46,322 nt of DNA from Octopus bimaculoides. Its lineage: Eukaryota. Location: contig NC_068981.1 of assembly GCF_001194135.2 (NCBI RefSeq), positions 111,185,617 to 111,231,938 of the forward strand. The letters are read 5' to 3'. The position numbers and the translations under genes are program-made. Below are positions 1 to 11,319 of this stretch, in pieces (the first letter of the stretch is position 1; the number at the start of each line of letters is the position of its first letter). The notes beneath the pieces are model-generated. The model ran no database searches. It worked only from the letters and a program-made list of their open reading frames with translations, and was not told the origin of the DNA.

Positions 1-335
1 CAGTACCGCCTGACTGGCCTCCGTAGGATTTTCGAGCGAGATCGTTGCCAGTGCCCCTGGACTGGCTTGTGCGGGTGACACATAAAAGACACCATTTCGA
101 GCGTGGCTGTTGCCAGTATCGCCTGACTGACCTTCATGCAGGTGACACGTAAAAGCACCTACTACACTCTCTGAGTGGTTGGCGTTAGGAAGGGCATCCA
201 GCTGTAGAAACTCTGCCAAATTTAGATTGGAGGCTGGTGTTGCCATACGGTTTCACCAGTCCTCAGTCAAGTCGTCCAACCCATGCTAGCATGGAAAGGG
301 GACGTTAAACGATGATGATGATGATGATGATGATG
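1..335 (+). repeat. 5'-truncated copy of a high-copy retroposon tail ending in (GAT)n; probably an RTE LINE 3' UTR
   Basis: Ends ...CCAACCCATGCTAGCATGGAAAGGGGACGTTAAAC(GAT)n. The same tail is at 5349-5721, 27971-28520 (-) and 30940-31392, where it follows RTE RT coding sequence. Confidence 0.75.
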
Positions 336-619
336 TGACTCTCATATCTTCGAAAGAAATATAATAAAATGTTGCTTTAAAACATTCAAGATAGAAAAAT
401 CAGAGGAGCTGGGTAACAAATAGAGAAAAGAAACTATATCATTATATATATATATATATAAGCCCAAATACAAATACATAAGTGCATAAATATGAACAGA
501 AATACATGCACACACACTTAGTCAACAATATTGATACAGAAAAAAATGGATAAAACTCATGGAAGATGGAGACCCAGGAAGAAAAAGTACTAGAGTATGA
601 CCTCAGGTTGTTGAATGAA

Positions 620-1000
620 AAGAGCACATGCACATGGACACTTCAATAATACACCTTAGGAAGTGCGAAACCCAAGATTTTGAAATTTCCAATAGGACAA
701 CCCAATGCAACAGGGGTAGACTCAGAATCGTAGTAACCCTCATTATGAACAAACTGAGACCAGCCATTAACAACAGGAAGGAACTACACAAAGCAGATTG
801 ATTGCTATAGCAACACCAGTCTGTGCATGTCAACTTCCTCCTTTCTCCCTGATCTTCTTCTCCTACACACAGCTGAGCAATGACTTTTTCCATTTACAGG
901 TTTTTCTAAATATCCTGAAGAAGGGGGTGGGGTCTTCACTGTGAAATATAGAAATATAAGGTAAAACTGCAACTTTGTTTTGCTTTTGTTTCCTTTTACT
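620..1000 (+). mobile_element. Penelope-like element (family A), 3' end: GIY-YIG C-terminus plus terminal repeat
   Basis: Translates as KEHMHMDTS...LIMNKLRPAINNRKEL. Homologous to 3995-4450 (-), 20800-21130 (-) and 28600-28960 (-). Confidence 0.7.
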
Positions 1001-1039
1001 ATTCTATATTTTTGAGCTGAGGAATTATGTACATTATTT

Positions 1040-1450
1040 ACAATGGACAGATAGGTGTCCTCACCTTGTTTGTTGTTACCACATTTCAGCTGATGTACTC
1101 TTCAGCCTTCATCAGGTGTTCTGGTGGAATTTCGAACCCAACCCTTTATTTGATTAATGGGGTACTTAGTTCTCATTCCTAAGGTATTCTTTTTTGTTGA
1201 TGTTATTTTTTTCTGTTGATATTATTTCTCAAGTCCCTGCCTGGTTAGTAGCCTGCACTCTGATCTACTACTCTATATGGCCATGGGTGGGCTTGTAAAC
1301 CTAATATTTTATCTTTTCTTAATACCAGTTCTCATTACATTCATATCTGCACTAGGTCTGCTTAGAAGGTTATTGTGTCCTAGCATATGTGCTGCCTCTT
1401 TTAATTTTCATATTTTCCAGTGACGATCTCTATCTATTATTTTTAACTTC
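1040..1450 (-). mobile_element. Penelope-like element 3' fragment (second family) with decayed hammerhead motif
   Basis: Minus strand encodes KIIDRDRHWKI*KLKEAAHMLGHNNLLSRPSADMN (GIY-YIG C-terminus). This is followed by AACAC-CTGATGA-AGGCTGA...TCAGCT-GAAA at about 1120-1080. Confidence 0.65.
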
Positions 1451-1581
1451 ATCCCACAGAGGAGGTGGTCTCCTTTAGTAGTTTACTTTGTATCTTCTTG
1501 CATTGTCCAGCCTTACACAACAATCTACTAGTACTACTACTACTACTACACACACACACACACACACGCACATCACATGCA

Positions 1582-1614
<33 letters not shown>

Positions 1615-1622
<8 letters not shown>

Positions 1623-2646
1623 GAGGGATGACCAGCAAAAGTGGACTCCCATTTGCTAGAAATAGATGCCGAATCATCTAACCACGAAAAAAATATAGGT
1701 TCTCAGTAAAAATTCAGCGACACAACAGACTGTAAAAGGGCAAGACAAATGAAAAAATACTAAATAAAAACGATTAACCTACGTACCATGGTTTCACCTG
1801 TTAAAATTTACATAAGTAAATATCTGCAGGATCGTCAGTGTAGTCTGTCGATTTGCAATGTAATTTCCAGAACTAGACACAGGACGTCCAACCGAAAGGA
1901 AGCACGTGTAGAGTTCTACAAATTACATTCAGTGTATCCTTTTAAATGTCTTCAATCTGGTGCGCTAACCAGTAAATTAGCTGAGAACATATATTTTTTT
2001 CGTGGTTAGATGATTCGGCATCTATTTCTAGCATATAGGAGTCCACTTTTGCTGGTCATCCCTCTTATTTTTGTATGTAATATAATTTTAATCTTCGGAT
2101 TTTTTTAATATGCTAGACTACTGGTTCAAATTGATTAATATCAATTTCTACCCTCATAAATAAATTTTTATACAATAATGTTTCTCAAACCAGTAAATTA
2201 GCTGCAAAAATTTATTAACTGCAGNNNNNNNNNNCTGAATGTAATTTGTAGAACTCTACACGTGCTCCCTTTCGGTTGGATGTCCTGTGTCTAGTTCTGG
2301 AAATTACATTGCAAATCGACAGACTACGCTGACGATCCTGCAGATATTTACTTATGTAAATTTTAACAGGTGAAACCATGGTACGTAGGTTAATCGTTTT
2401 TATTTAGTATTTTTTCATTTGTCTTGCCCTTTTACAGTCTGTTGTGTCGCTGAATTTTTACTGAGAACCTATATTTTTTCGTGGTTAGATGATTTGACAT
2501 CTATTTCTAGCATATAGGAGTCCACTTTTGCTAGTCATCCCTCTTATTTTTGTGTGTAATATAATTTTAATCTTCGGATTTTTTTAATATGCTAGACCAC
2601 TGGTTCAAATTGATTAATATCAATTTCTACCCTCATAAATAAATTT
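1615..2646. mobile_element. Foldback / long-TIR non-autonomous element with internal duplication
   Basis: 1615-1932 is the near-perfect reverse complement of 2235-2551. 1981-2167 is a direct copy of 2461-2646. No ORF. Confidence 0.7.
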
Positions 2647-2709
2647 ATTTTTTCATTTCAAAGTTTCAGCTCAGAGCTGCGGCCATGCTGATGCACATAT
2701 ATATATATA

Positions 2710-3971
2710 TTGGGTCATCCCATAAATAATGCAGCTTTCTCAATTGCATGAGCTAAAAGTTAGACGGGGATGAAATAAACTACCTGCATCAACTTGTTAT
2801 AAAATCAGCTGGTAATTTTACCTTGTACTTATTCTTAGTGAAAGTTTTGAAGAGTGCAGTTCGATTTTAACAGTTATTTTTTTAAAGCTATAATGGAAAT
2901 GACAAAGGAATATATTCGACATATTTTGCTTTATGAGCTCAAATAAAGGCAACAACACAACAGAAAGTGCTAGAAATAATTAATACAGTATATGGGGATT
3001 GGACAATAAGCATAAGCCAGTGTCAATAGTGACTCCAGAAATTCCGAGCCAGAAACTACAGCCTAGAAGACAAGCCTCATCCTGGAACATCTGTAGAGCT
3101 GGACAAGGATGTCATGCAAACCCTGGTGGAACAAAATCTCATTGTAACTGTTGAGGAACTAGCAGAGAAGCTTGGATTTGGTCATTCAATCATTCATCGA
3201 CACCTGTGTGCCATCAGAAAAGTCATCAAATTGGGTCAATGGGTTCCTCACAAACTTTCCGAGTCTAATCATTCATAGAGAGTGAATGTGTGTTCTTTTT
3301 TGCTGTCACATCTTATGAATGGACCGTTTTTGGACCGAATAGTGACTGGTGATAAGAAATGGGTTCTCTATAAAAATATCAAGCACCAAAGACAGTGGAT
3401 AGGGAAATGAGAAACACTGGCACCCCAGGCTAAAGAAGGTCTTCACCCATGTAAGGTTTTGTTATCTGTTTGGTGGGATATGAAAGGTTTAGTTCACTTT
3501 GTACTTTTAAACCTAAGCCAAATGCTATCAAAGGAGATCTACTGCAAGCAGCTTGAGCAGCTTAAGTCAGCGCTAGGAGAAAATGACCATCTTTGGTTTC
3601 AAGTTGACAGGTGTTCTTCCATCAGGATAATGCTTAGCCACATACAGTAAAGATGACATTCCAAAGGCTGGAGCAGTTTGAATGGGAAACAATCCCCACT
3701 GACCATATTCGCTGGACATTGTCCCATCTGATTATCAATTATTCTGCAGTCTTCAAAATCATTGGGACAGAAAAAATATGAACTCTGTAGACAAGCTCAG
3801 AACAGTGGAGGAGTATTTTTCGTCATGGACAAATGAATTTTGGAAGAAGGGCCTTGCAAGTCTACCAGATAGAAAGGGAGGTATATTTTAAATTAAAAAC
3901 GAATTTGTTTATCTTAATTTTGAAAGATAAAAGAAGTATAAGAAAACTGCATTATTTATGGACTGACCCGA
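2710..3971 (+). mobile_element. Full-length mariner transposon, pseudogenised
   Basis: TA-flanked TIRs TTGGGTCATCCCATAAATAATGCAG and CTGCATTATTTATGGACTGACCCGA; about 1.26 kb. Transposase remnants from ATG 2893 (MEMTKEYIRHILLYEL*, RIVTGDKKW, LSVWWDMKG) with many stops and frameshifts. Confidence 0.93.
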
Positions 3972-3994
3972 TATATATGTGTGTGTTGTGTGTG

Positions 3995-5097
3995 TGTTAA
4001 AGAATGTAGTTATGCAATGCCAGAACAATGTGAGAAGGTATAAAGTAAACTACAAAATGAATAGAAAACAGAACAAAGTTGCAGTTTTACCTTGTGTTTC
4101 TATATTTTGGGGTGAAGACCCCTTCTTCAGGACATTTGAAAAAGCAGTGGTTGAAAAAGTTTGTTGTTCAGATGTGGTGGGGACAGGGACAGAAGGAGGC
4201 ATGGACTACTGATGCTATAGCAGCCAGTCTGTTTTATGTAGTTCCTTCTTGTTGTTAATGACTGATTTCATTTTGTTTGTAAGGAGGGCTTCCATAATTC
4301 TGAAACTGCCCCTGTTGTGTTGGGTTGCCTTGATGGAAACTTTGAAATTTCGGGTTTAGCACTTTTTTATCAAATTGTCTGCTGGCATGTGTTCCTTTAC
4401 ATGGATGTGTAGTTTCCTAGTGATGCTCCCTATGTAGGATGCTCTACATTTATTGCGGACTACTTCATATACTACATAGGCCCTCAAGCATGTTTTGATG
4501 TCATTGATGGGGCAGTTGGTGAGTGTGCACCCCACTGAGCTCTTTGTGGTAATTTTCCCCAACAGAACTTTCCTCAGGAATGGACCAGTGTGTACCAACT
4601 GTATGTTAAGTCCCTCCCTGTGAATGGCATGTTGGATAGCTACTGTTGTTCTGTCGTCAAAGTAGAGCAGTCTAAGGAAGCACTTTTCTGACCTGATGTT
4701 ATGGGCTTTCTTGTGTTGTTTACCCGCTTTCGTGCATTGCAGATGCAGTTGTTTAGTTGTGGATGAAGGATAGCCATTATGTGCCAAGTTCCTGAGGAAC
4801 CACTTGGTGTTTGTGGCTTTGTCAGTTACTTCACTGCATCTGTCTCATGCATATTATCTCATTTTGTATGTATGTGGTTTTGGCTCTAGTGGGCAGGGCT
4901 AATTTGTAATGCACAAACAGATTCCTACAGGCTGATTTTTTATAAAAATTCATGTAGTTGTAACCTTCCTCTGTGATCCCAATTTGTGAATCCAGCAGAG
5001 AGATGGTTCCAGACTCATCTAGGTGTTCGATTTCAAATTTTATGTGACTGTTGATGTTGTTGAATTCCTGGGAGGGGGAAAGCATCAGGATGTCATT
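3995..5097 (-). mobile_element. Penelope-like element (family A), 5'-truncated, degraded RT C-terminus plus GIY-YIG
   Basis: ORFs 4831-5085 (NDILMLSPSQEFNNINSHIKFEIEH...LLDSQI...FYKKSAC) and 4356-4787 (CPINDIKTCLRAYVVYEVVRNKCRASYIGSITRKLHIHVKEH). Confidence 0.85.
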
Positions 5098-5348
5098 TCG
5101 GTTAGATTTTGCTGAAATATTTGTCTTTTCTCGGGTTTTGGGACCTTAGGTCTGTCAGAGTTGTTTCCCTTTGATAGGTCATACGATCTGAATGTGAACC
5201 ACAAAACTAAACCGGAAATAGTCAACAACAATTTTACTGAAAACAACTTCCACTATATATAATAACATGTGCTTGAAAACGTTAAGAACTGAAACCGCTT
5301 GCACATCTATAAAAACAAAGCCCACACAAATTTTGTGAAATCTCTTCT

Positions 5349-5717
5349 ATGACTGGCACCTGTGCCAGTGGTGCGCTAAGAGCACCATCCACGCATGATC
5401 ATTGCCAGAGCACCTGTCTGGCTTCCATTCAAGCGAGGTCATTGCCAGTGTCGCTGGACTGGCTCCTGTTCAGGTGGCACGTAAAAAAACACCATTTTAA
5501 GTGTGGCCATTGCCAGTACCGCCTGACTGGCCCTTTGTGCCTGTGGCACATAAAAGCACCCACTACACTCTTGGAGTGGTTGACTTTAGGAAGGGCATCC
5601 AGTTGTAGAAACTCTGCCAGATCAGATTGGAGCCTGGTGCAGCCTTCTGGTTTGCCAGTCCGCAGTCAAATTGTCCAACCCATACTAGCATGGAAGGTGG
5701 ACGTTAAACGATGATGA

Positions 5718-5721
<4 letters not shown>
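5349..5721 (+). repeat. (GAT)n-tailed retroposon 3' UTR copy
   Basis: Similar to 1-335; ends GGACGTTAAACGATGATGATGA, then (TA)n. Confidence 0.75.
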
Positions 5722-5770
<49 letters not shown>

Positions 5771-5785
5771 TATATATATATATAT

Positions 5786-5816
<31 letters not shown>

Positions 5817-5869
5817 CATATATGTGTATATGTATATATGTTCATATATATATATATACTTAAATAGGT

Positions 5870-8815
5870 TTTGGCTACATTGGCCCAGGCCATAGCTAAC
5901 TTAATAGCACCACCTGGGTGTTGGTGGTTTATCTGGAATTTGTTGGAGATATTCATCCAAGAAGTTTTTGAAGGTTATGAAATCTTTTTCCTCCTTTATA
6001 TGTTTTGGAATGATGTTAAGAAAAGCAGGTCCAGTTGAGGAGAAGTAGTTCTGTCTTAGTGTTGTGATGTGCTGAGACTACAATTTCTGTAGAGGATGCA
6101 TGGCATGGGGACTAAGCCTTGGGTGGATTTTAAAAGTGATACCGATATCATTTGGGCAATACTGTCGGAACAATTTCCACATCATACAAATAATAAAGTG
6201 CTCTCGGTGGCGCTGGATAGAATACAGTTTGGGATTTGTGAGTCAATCCCAGTAATTAAGACCAGACATGCCATCAATTTTTTTTATAATTGATCTCTGG
6301 GTAGCTTCAAGCTTTTTAATATCCTGGCTCTTGTAGGGAGACCATAGCAGGCAACAGTATTCAAGGTGAGGGTGGGCGAAGGTAGAAAAAAGAAGGATAA
6401 TGGTTGGAGCATCTCTTGGCTGGAAAGTCCTGAAGATCCAGGAGCATGCCCTTTGGGCCATGTTGACTTTCTTGTTTATGTGGACACTCCAGCTTAAGTT
6501 ATCGTTGACAGTCACACTGAGGTCTCTAGTGGTGTTGGATGCCATTAGGTGTTCACCTGAAGGAAGAATATATGGTTGTTTAAGTGCAGCCTCTTTACTA
6601 AAGTGGATTAACTCAAATTTGTTCTCTTTCAGCTGCATGTTGTGTTTCTGCGCCCATTGGATAACAGTAACTAGGTCCGACTGAAGATTTGTCTGGTCTC
6701 CCATCATGTCGACAACCTGCAGAAGCTTAGAGTCATCCTCAAAAATTTTTATGTTACTGTATTTAATGACCCTGATGATGTCATTTATGTAGATAAGGAA
6801 CAGGAGTGGGCCTAACACAGTGCCTTGTGGGACACCACTGATGATTTTTGCTGTGCTTGATCAAACACCATTGATCACCAAATCCTTTCTGTTCACCAGA
6901 AAGGATTTAAACCACTTTAGAAGTCTCCCTTGCACTCCAATGCTGGAGAGTTTTTTTTTTAACAAGATGTTGTGGTCAACCTTGTCAAAGGCCTTGCTGA
7001 AGTCAAGATATGTGACATCTGCATTGGATCCCTCACCCAAGACCTTTAGGATATTGTTGAAATGATGCAGGAGCTGTGTAAGGCAGTCTCTGTCATTGCA
7101 GAAACCATGCTTGTTGAGAACCAGCAAGTTGTTGCTTTCCTGGAAGTGAGTCACTCTAGATCACACCACTCTCTCAAATAATTTTATGAGATGAGAAGTA
7201 AGGGAGATAGGTCAGTAATTCGCTGCCTGGGACTTGCTGCCCTTTTTGAATCCTGGCATGATTGACTGAGAAAGGAAACCATCAAGAATATAGCCAGCGT
7301 CTAGTCATTTCCTCCAGAGAATGGCTAGGAGGAATGTGAGGTGGTGACAGCATTCCTTCAGGACTTTAGCGGGGAATCTGTCAAGATGCAGCTGAGTTGT
7401 TTGTAATTTTACTTATAGCTGCTATATCTGGGACACCAAATGATATATCACACAGGGTTTGCTTTGTTAATGCTGTTCAGATTAATTATATCTGGATTGC
7501 TAAAAGTGGAGCAGTATTGCTTCCGCAGAATCTCAACCATGTCCTCTGTACCACTTTGCAGTGTGTTGTTTTCATCAATGAGAGGTCCAATAAATGAGAC
7601 TGCAACCTTATTTTTAAAAAGCAAATGAGAAGAACACTTTCGGGTTGACTTTTATTTTATCAATGGCCCATTTCTCTTCTGCTTTTCTTTGATCATCAAT
7701 AACATTTTTCAAACAGTTTTGGAGATGGTGTTTCCTTGATTCTAGTGAGTCTATATCCGCCATGTGGGAGTGTTGCAGCTTGCAATCTTTTAGCCAGTTG
7801 ATTTTTTTGATTCGTTCTCTTTATCTTTCATATGAATAATTTTCTGGAACGTGTTAGTCCATATTTTGTCTTGTTCATGGACCATAGGGTTGTGTAGACA
7901 TATGTTTGTGACAATGTCCATAAATAGTTACCATGATGAATCAATGCTTCTTGGAGTGAAGGAGTCTGCGAAAGACCAATCAATGAGTGAGAGCTCATGG
8001 TTGATTGCAGACCAGTTAGCATTGTGAAGATCCATAAGATCAAAGGGGTGTGAGGGATTGAGATCACTCAGATATGCAATTGACTGCCAGAATCTTAGGT
8101 GACAGAGAACCATATTGTGGTCAGAATGTAGAGTTTTTTCCACTGTAATATCGTGGATATTGTTTATGTTGTTGCTTAACACTAAGTCTAGAATGTTCTT
8201 GTTGAATCTCATTGGCATGAGCATGTGTTGGGACAGGAAAAATTCCTCCATAAATTGAAATAGCAATTCCACTGTGGCTTTTTCTGAAGTGGAAATGCAT
8301 GCACCAGTTTTGAGGGTATGAGTTAACACGGGAAATTGAAGTCACTCATCATTAAAATATTATCAGGATGACATTGTTGATTGAAAGACTTGATATTCGT
8401 GAGGCAGTCCTTGAAGTGCAATAGTGGTGCATGAGATGGCCTGTAGAGCCCAATTATTGCTAAATCATTTGTTTTGTTCTAGACAGATACTGATTCACAA
8501 TAGCCATTGGAAAATGAGACATTTGTTTCTACAGTAAATGAGTCATGTAGGAAAATGGCAATTCTTCCCTTTCTTCTACCGATGCAGTCTGCTTGGATTG
8601 TGGTGAAATTCCTTTCTTTTACTTCAGCTTCTAAGTGGGAGTTGACAAGGTGGGTTTCAATAAGGATGAAAAAGGGAATGTGATGAGTATGGTCGGTAAC
8701 CCAGTCTTCAATGAATTAGATCTTCTATCTTTTTGCATGGAAGGGTGTGCAGATGTCTTGTCCATTGAGTAAGAATGTTGAGATTGGAGTAGTGGCCTGG
8801 TTAGAGTTTTTTAGA
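5870..8815 (-). mobile_element. CR1-type LINE, degraded ORF2 (APE endonuclease + RT)
   Basis: APE: FILIETHL, NILDLVLSNN, SDHNMV. RT: YLDFSKAFDKVDHNILL, LGPLLFLIYINDI, FEDDSKL, HPHLEYCCLLWSP, KLEATQR. C-terminus: [10 protein letters not shown]. Confidence 0.9.
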
Positions 8816-8830
8816 GGCCTCGGCATATAT

Positions 8831-9224
8831 ATGGTAAGTAGCTTGCTTACCAACCACGTGGTTCTGGGTTCAGTCCCACTGCGTGGCGCCTTGGGCAAGT
8901 GTCTTCTACTATAGCCTCGGGCCGACCAAAGCCTTGTAAGTGGATTTGGTAGACAGAAACTGAAAGAAGCCCATCGTATATATGTATATATTTATATATG
9001 TATGTGTGTATATGTTTGTGTGTCTGTGTTTGTCCCCCCAACTTCGCTTGACAACCGATGCTGGTGTGTTTATGTCCCTGTAACTTAGCGGTTCGGCAAA
9101 AAGAGACCGATAGAATAAGTACTAGGCTTACAAAGAATAAGTCCTGGAGTCGATTTGCTCGACTAAAAAGGCGGTGCCCCAGCATGGCCGCAGTCAAATG
9201 ACTGAAACAAGTAAAGGAGTAAAG

Positions 9225-9227
<3 letters not shown>
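8831..9227 (+). mobile_element. tRNA-derived SINE (5' end clipped)
   Basis: Near-identical to 16146-16566. tRNA-like head TGGTAAG...GGTTCAGTCC, central GTGGATTTGGTAGACAGAAACTGAAAGAAGCCC block, internal TA/TG microsatellite, GTAAAGGA tail. Confidence 0.85.
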
Positions 9228-9261
<34 letters not shown>

Positions 9262-9708
9262 TTGCAAACAACTTGCACGTGCAAGTGCTACTAGTCAAGA
9301 ACTTCGCATACCAGAAGCCAGCAAGTGTATAGGGTCATCAGTAGAGAATGCATGCCGTTTCGGGGCCTACTTCTTGACAGCATCAATGTGCACTGGCCCC
9401 TTTCACTGATATGAGGCCCCACTTGCTAGATCAACTGGTTATCAAATAAAGCTCAATATTCTTCTACCCATCGTTCATCATCTCTTTTTAACCAAATCCA
9501 GTGGCTAACCTTTTCCACTGTAGTTTGGATATTGGTCATGGTGGTATTTGCTTTACAATGAGTTAGGCCTAACAATAACAACAATCATCTCACACTGTGT
9601 CCAACAGACCCTCTACATACAACTTTGATTGGAAAATGCATCTTCACATTCCTCGAGGATGTTTACATAACAGTCAGTCTTTCAAGCATATATATATATA
9701 TATATACT

Positions 9709-9743
<35 letters not shown>

Positions 9744-10430
9744 GAGTTATTAATATTTCTAAGTCTCTCTAAANNNNNNNNNNNNNNNNNNNNNNNNNNN
9801 NNNNNNNNNNNNNNNNNNNNNNNNNNNNNNNNNNNNNNNNNNNNNNNNNNNNNNNNNNNNNNNNNNNNNNNNNNNNNNNNNNNNNNNNNNNNNNNNNNNN
9901 NNNNNNNNNNNNNNNNNNNNNNNNNNNNNNNNNNNNNNNNNNNNNNNNNNNNNNNNNNNNNNNNNNNNNNNNNNNNNNNNNNNNNNNNNNNNNNNNNNNN
10001 NNNNNNNNNNNNNNNNNNNNNNNNNNNNNNNNNNNNNNNNNNNNNNNNNNNNNNNNNNNNNNNNNNNNNNNNNNNNNNNNNNNNNNNNNNNNNNNNNNNN
10101 NNNNNNNNNNNNNNNNNNNNNNNNNNNNNNNNNNNNNNNNNNNNNNNNNNNNNNNNNNNNNNNNNNNNNNNNNNNNNNNNNNNNNNNNNNNNNNNNNNNN
10201 NNNNNNNNNNNNNNNNNNNNNNNNNNNNNNNNNNNNNNNNNNNNNNNNNNNNNNNNNNNNNNNNNNNNNNNNNNNNNNNNNNNNNNNNNNNNNNNNNNNN
10301 NNNNNNNNNNNNNNNNNNNNNNNNNNNNNNNNNNNNNNNNNNNNNNNNNNNNNNNNNNNNNNNNNNNNNNNNNNNNNNNNNNNNNNNNNNNNNNNNNNNN
10401 NNNNNNNNNNNNNNNNNNNNNATGAGATAA

Positions 10431-10850
10431 AAAACCAAGGTTGTGAAGATTTTAGAACATTTATAAATAGAAGGTCTTACAGCTGTTTCCAGGATATTTA
10501 TTATATCCCTTCATCAGAAACAGTGTGAGAAAATGGTTAAGCAATAGTTAATTTAGATAAGATACGAAATAGAGTGAAGTGGAAGAATGAAAATAGATGT
10601 GAGATATGTAGGGATATTGCATTTGTAGATCCATTATTTAGGCAGAATGGTATACATATAAGATTCCAATACCTTGTGAGTAAAATCCAATAGTATCTAA
10701 AATTGGTCATTCCAAGTATAAAGTTTGTACACAGTGTTATTGAATCAAGAGTTTTATTTAAAGTGACCTAAAAGTAGGGAATGTATTTGTAAGGTCAAAT
10801 CGAAAACAGGAAGAGAGGAATAAAGAGAAAAAAATTTTGTAATCAGTGAA
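10431..10850 (-). mobile_element. Penelope-like element 3' fragment next to gap
   Basis: Degraded GIY-YIG-like C-terminus on minus strand, followed by a hammerhead motif. Protein similarity is weak; the call rests partly on the ribozyme. Confidence 0.5.
10474..10521 (-). ncRNA. Minimal type I hammerhead ribozyme motif
   Basis: Minus strand: GTTT-CTGATGA-A-GGGATAT-AATAA-ATATCCT-G-GAAA-CAGCTG-TA-AGAC. Core CUGAUGA/GAAA, 7-bp stem II, palindromic stem III ACAGCTGT, GUA cleavage triplet, 4-bp stem I. Confidence 0.75.
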
Positions 10851-10920
10851 TGTGTTTCACTAGAATTATTATATGTTTACGAGAGCTTGACAGGCATCTT
10901 CAGCCAGCAAGTCATGCTAC

Positions 10921-10963
10921 TCCAGGCTGATGATGAGCAAAAACTCAGAAACATGTCCCTGGA
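10921..10963 (+). ncRNA. Minimal type I hammerhead ribozyme motif, intact
   Basis: TCCAGG-CTGATGA-TGAG-CAAAAA-CTCA-GAAA-CATG-TC-CCTGGA. Perfect 6-bp stem I, 4-bp stem II, palindromic ACATGT stem III, GUC cleavage site after 10957. Confidence 0.88.
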
Positions 10964-11213
10964 TGCAGGCTTGGCTGGGTGGAGGTGCTTGTCTCCTCCT
11001 TGTAAACATAAAGACACAGGAAATATGTCAAGGCCGACAGGAAGCGGTGCAGCTTCCTAGAGCTAAATAGCAGTAGTATGATTCCCTTATTGGGACTGTC
11101 ACGTTAAGTTGACAGCATACAACTACTTTATCGTATCACTACTGTGTAAGTCTCTCTGAGAGATTTAGAAATGTATCATTTCTAATTTATATATATCTAT
11201 ATCTATCTATCTA

Positions 11214-11251
<38 letters not shown>

Positions 11252-11319
11252 TATATATTTAGCTTCATTACTATACCAACAGTCCGGATACTTATTGATC
11301 AGACCGCATATATAAATTA

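Noticed and set aside
9320-9420. GAAA and CTGATGA on the minus strand as a type II hammerhead
   Set aside because: The would-be stem II strands (CCCC and CCCT) cannot pair.
9597-10438. Long ORFs of 254-495 aa here and at 25541-26080 and 38349-39836
   Set aside because: Length comes from N runs. Only the Tc1 part (39419-39836) and the PLE parts are real coding remnants.
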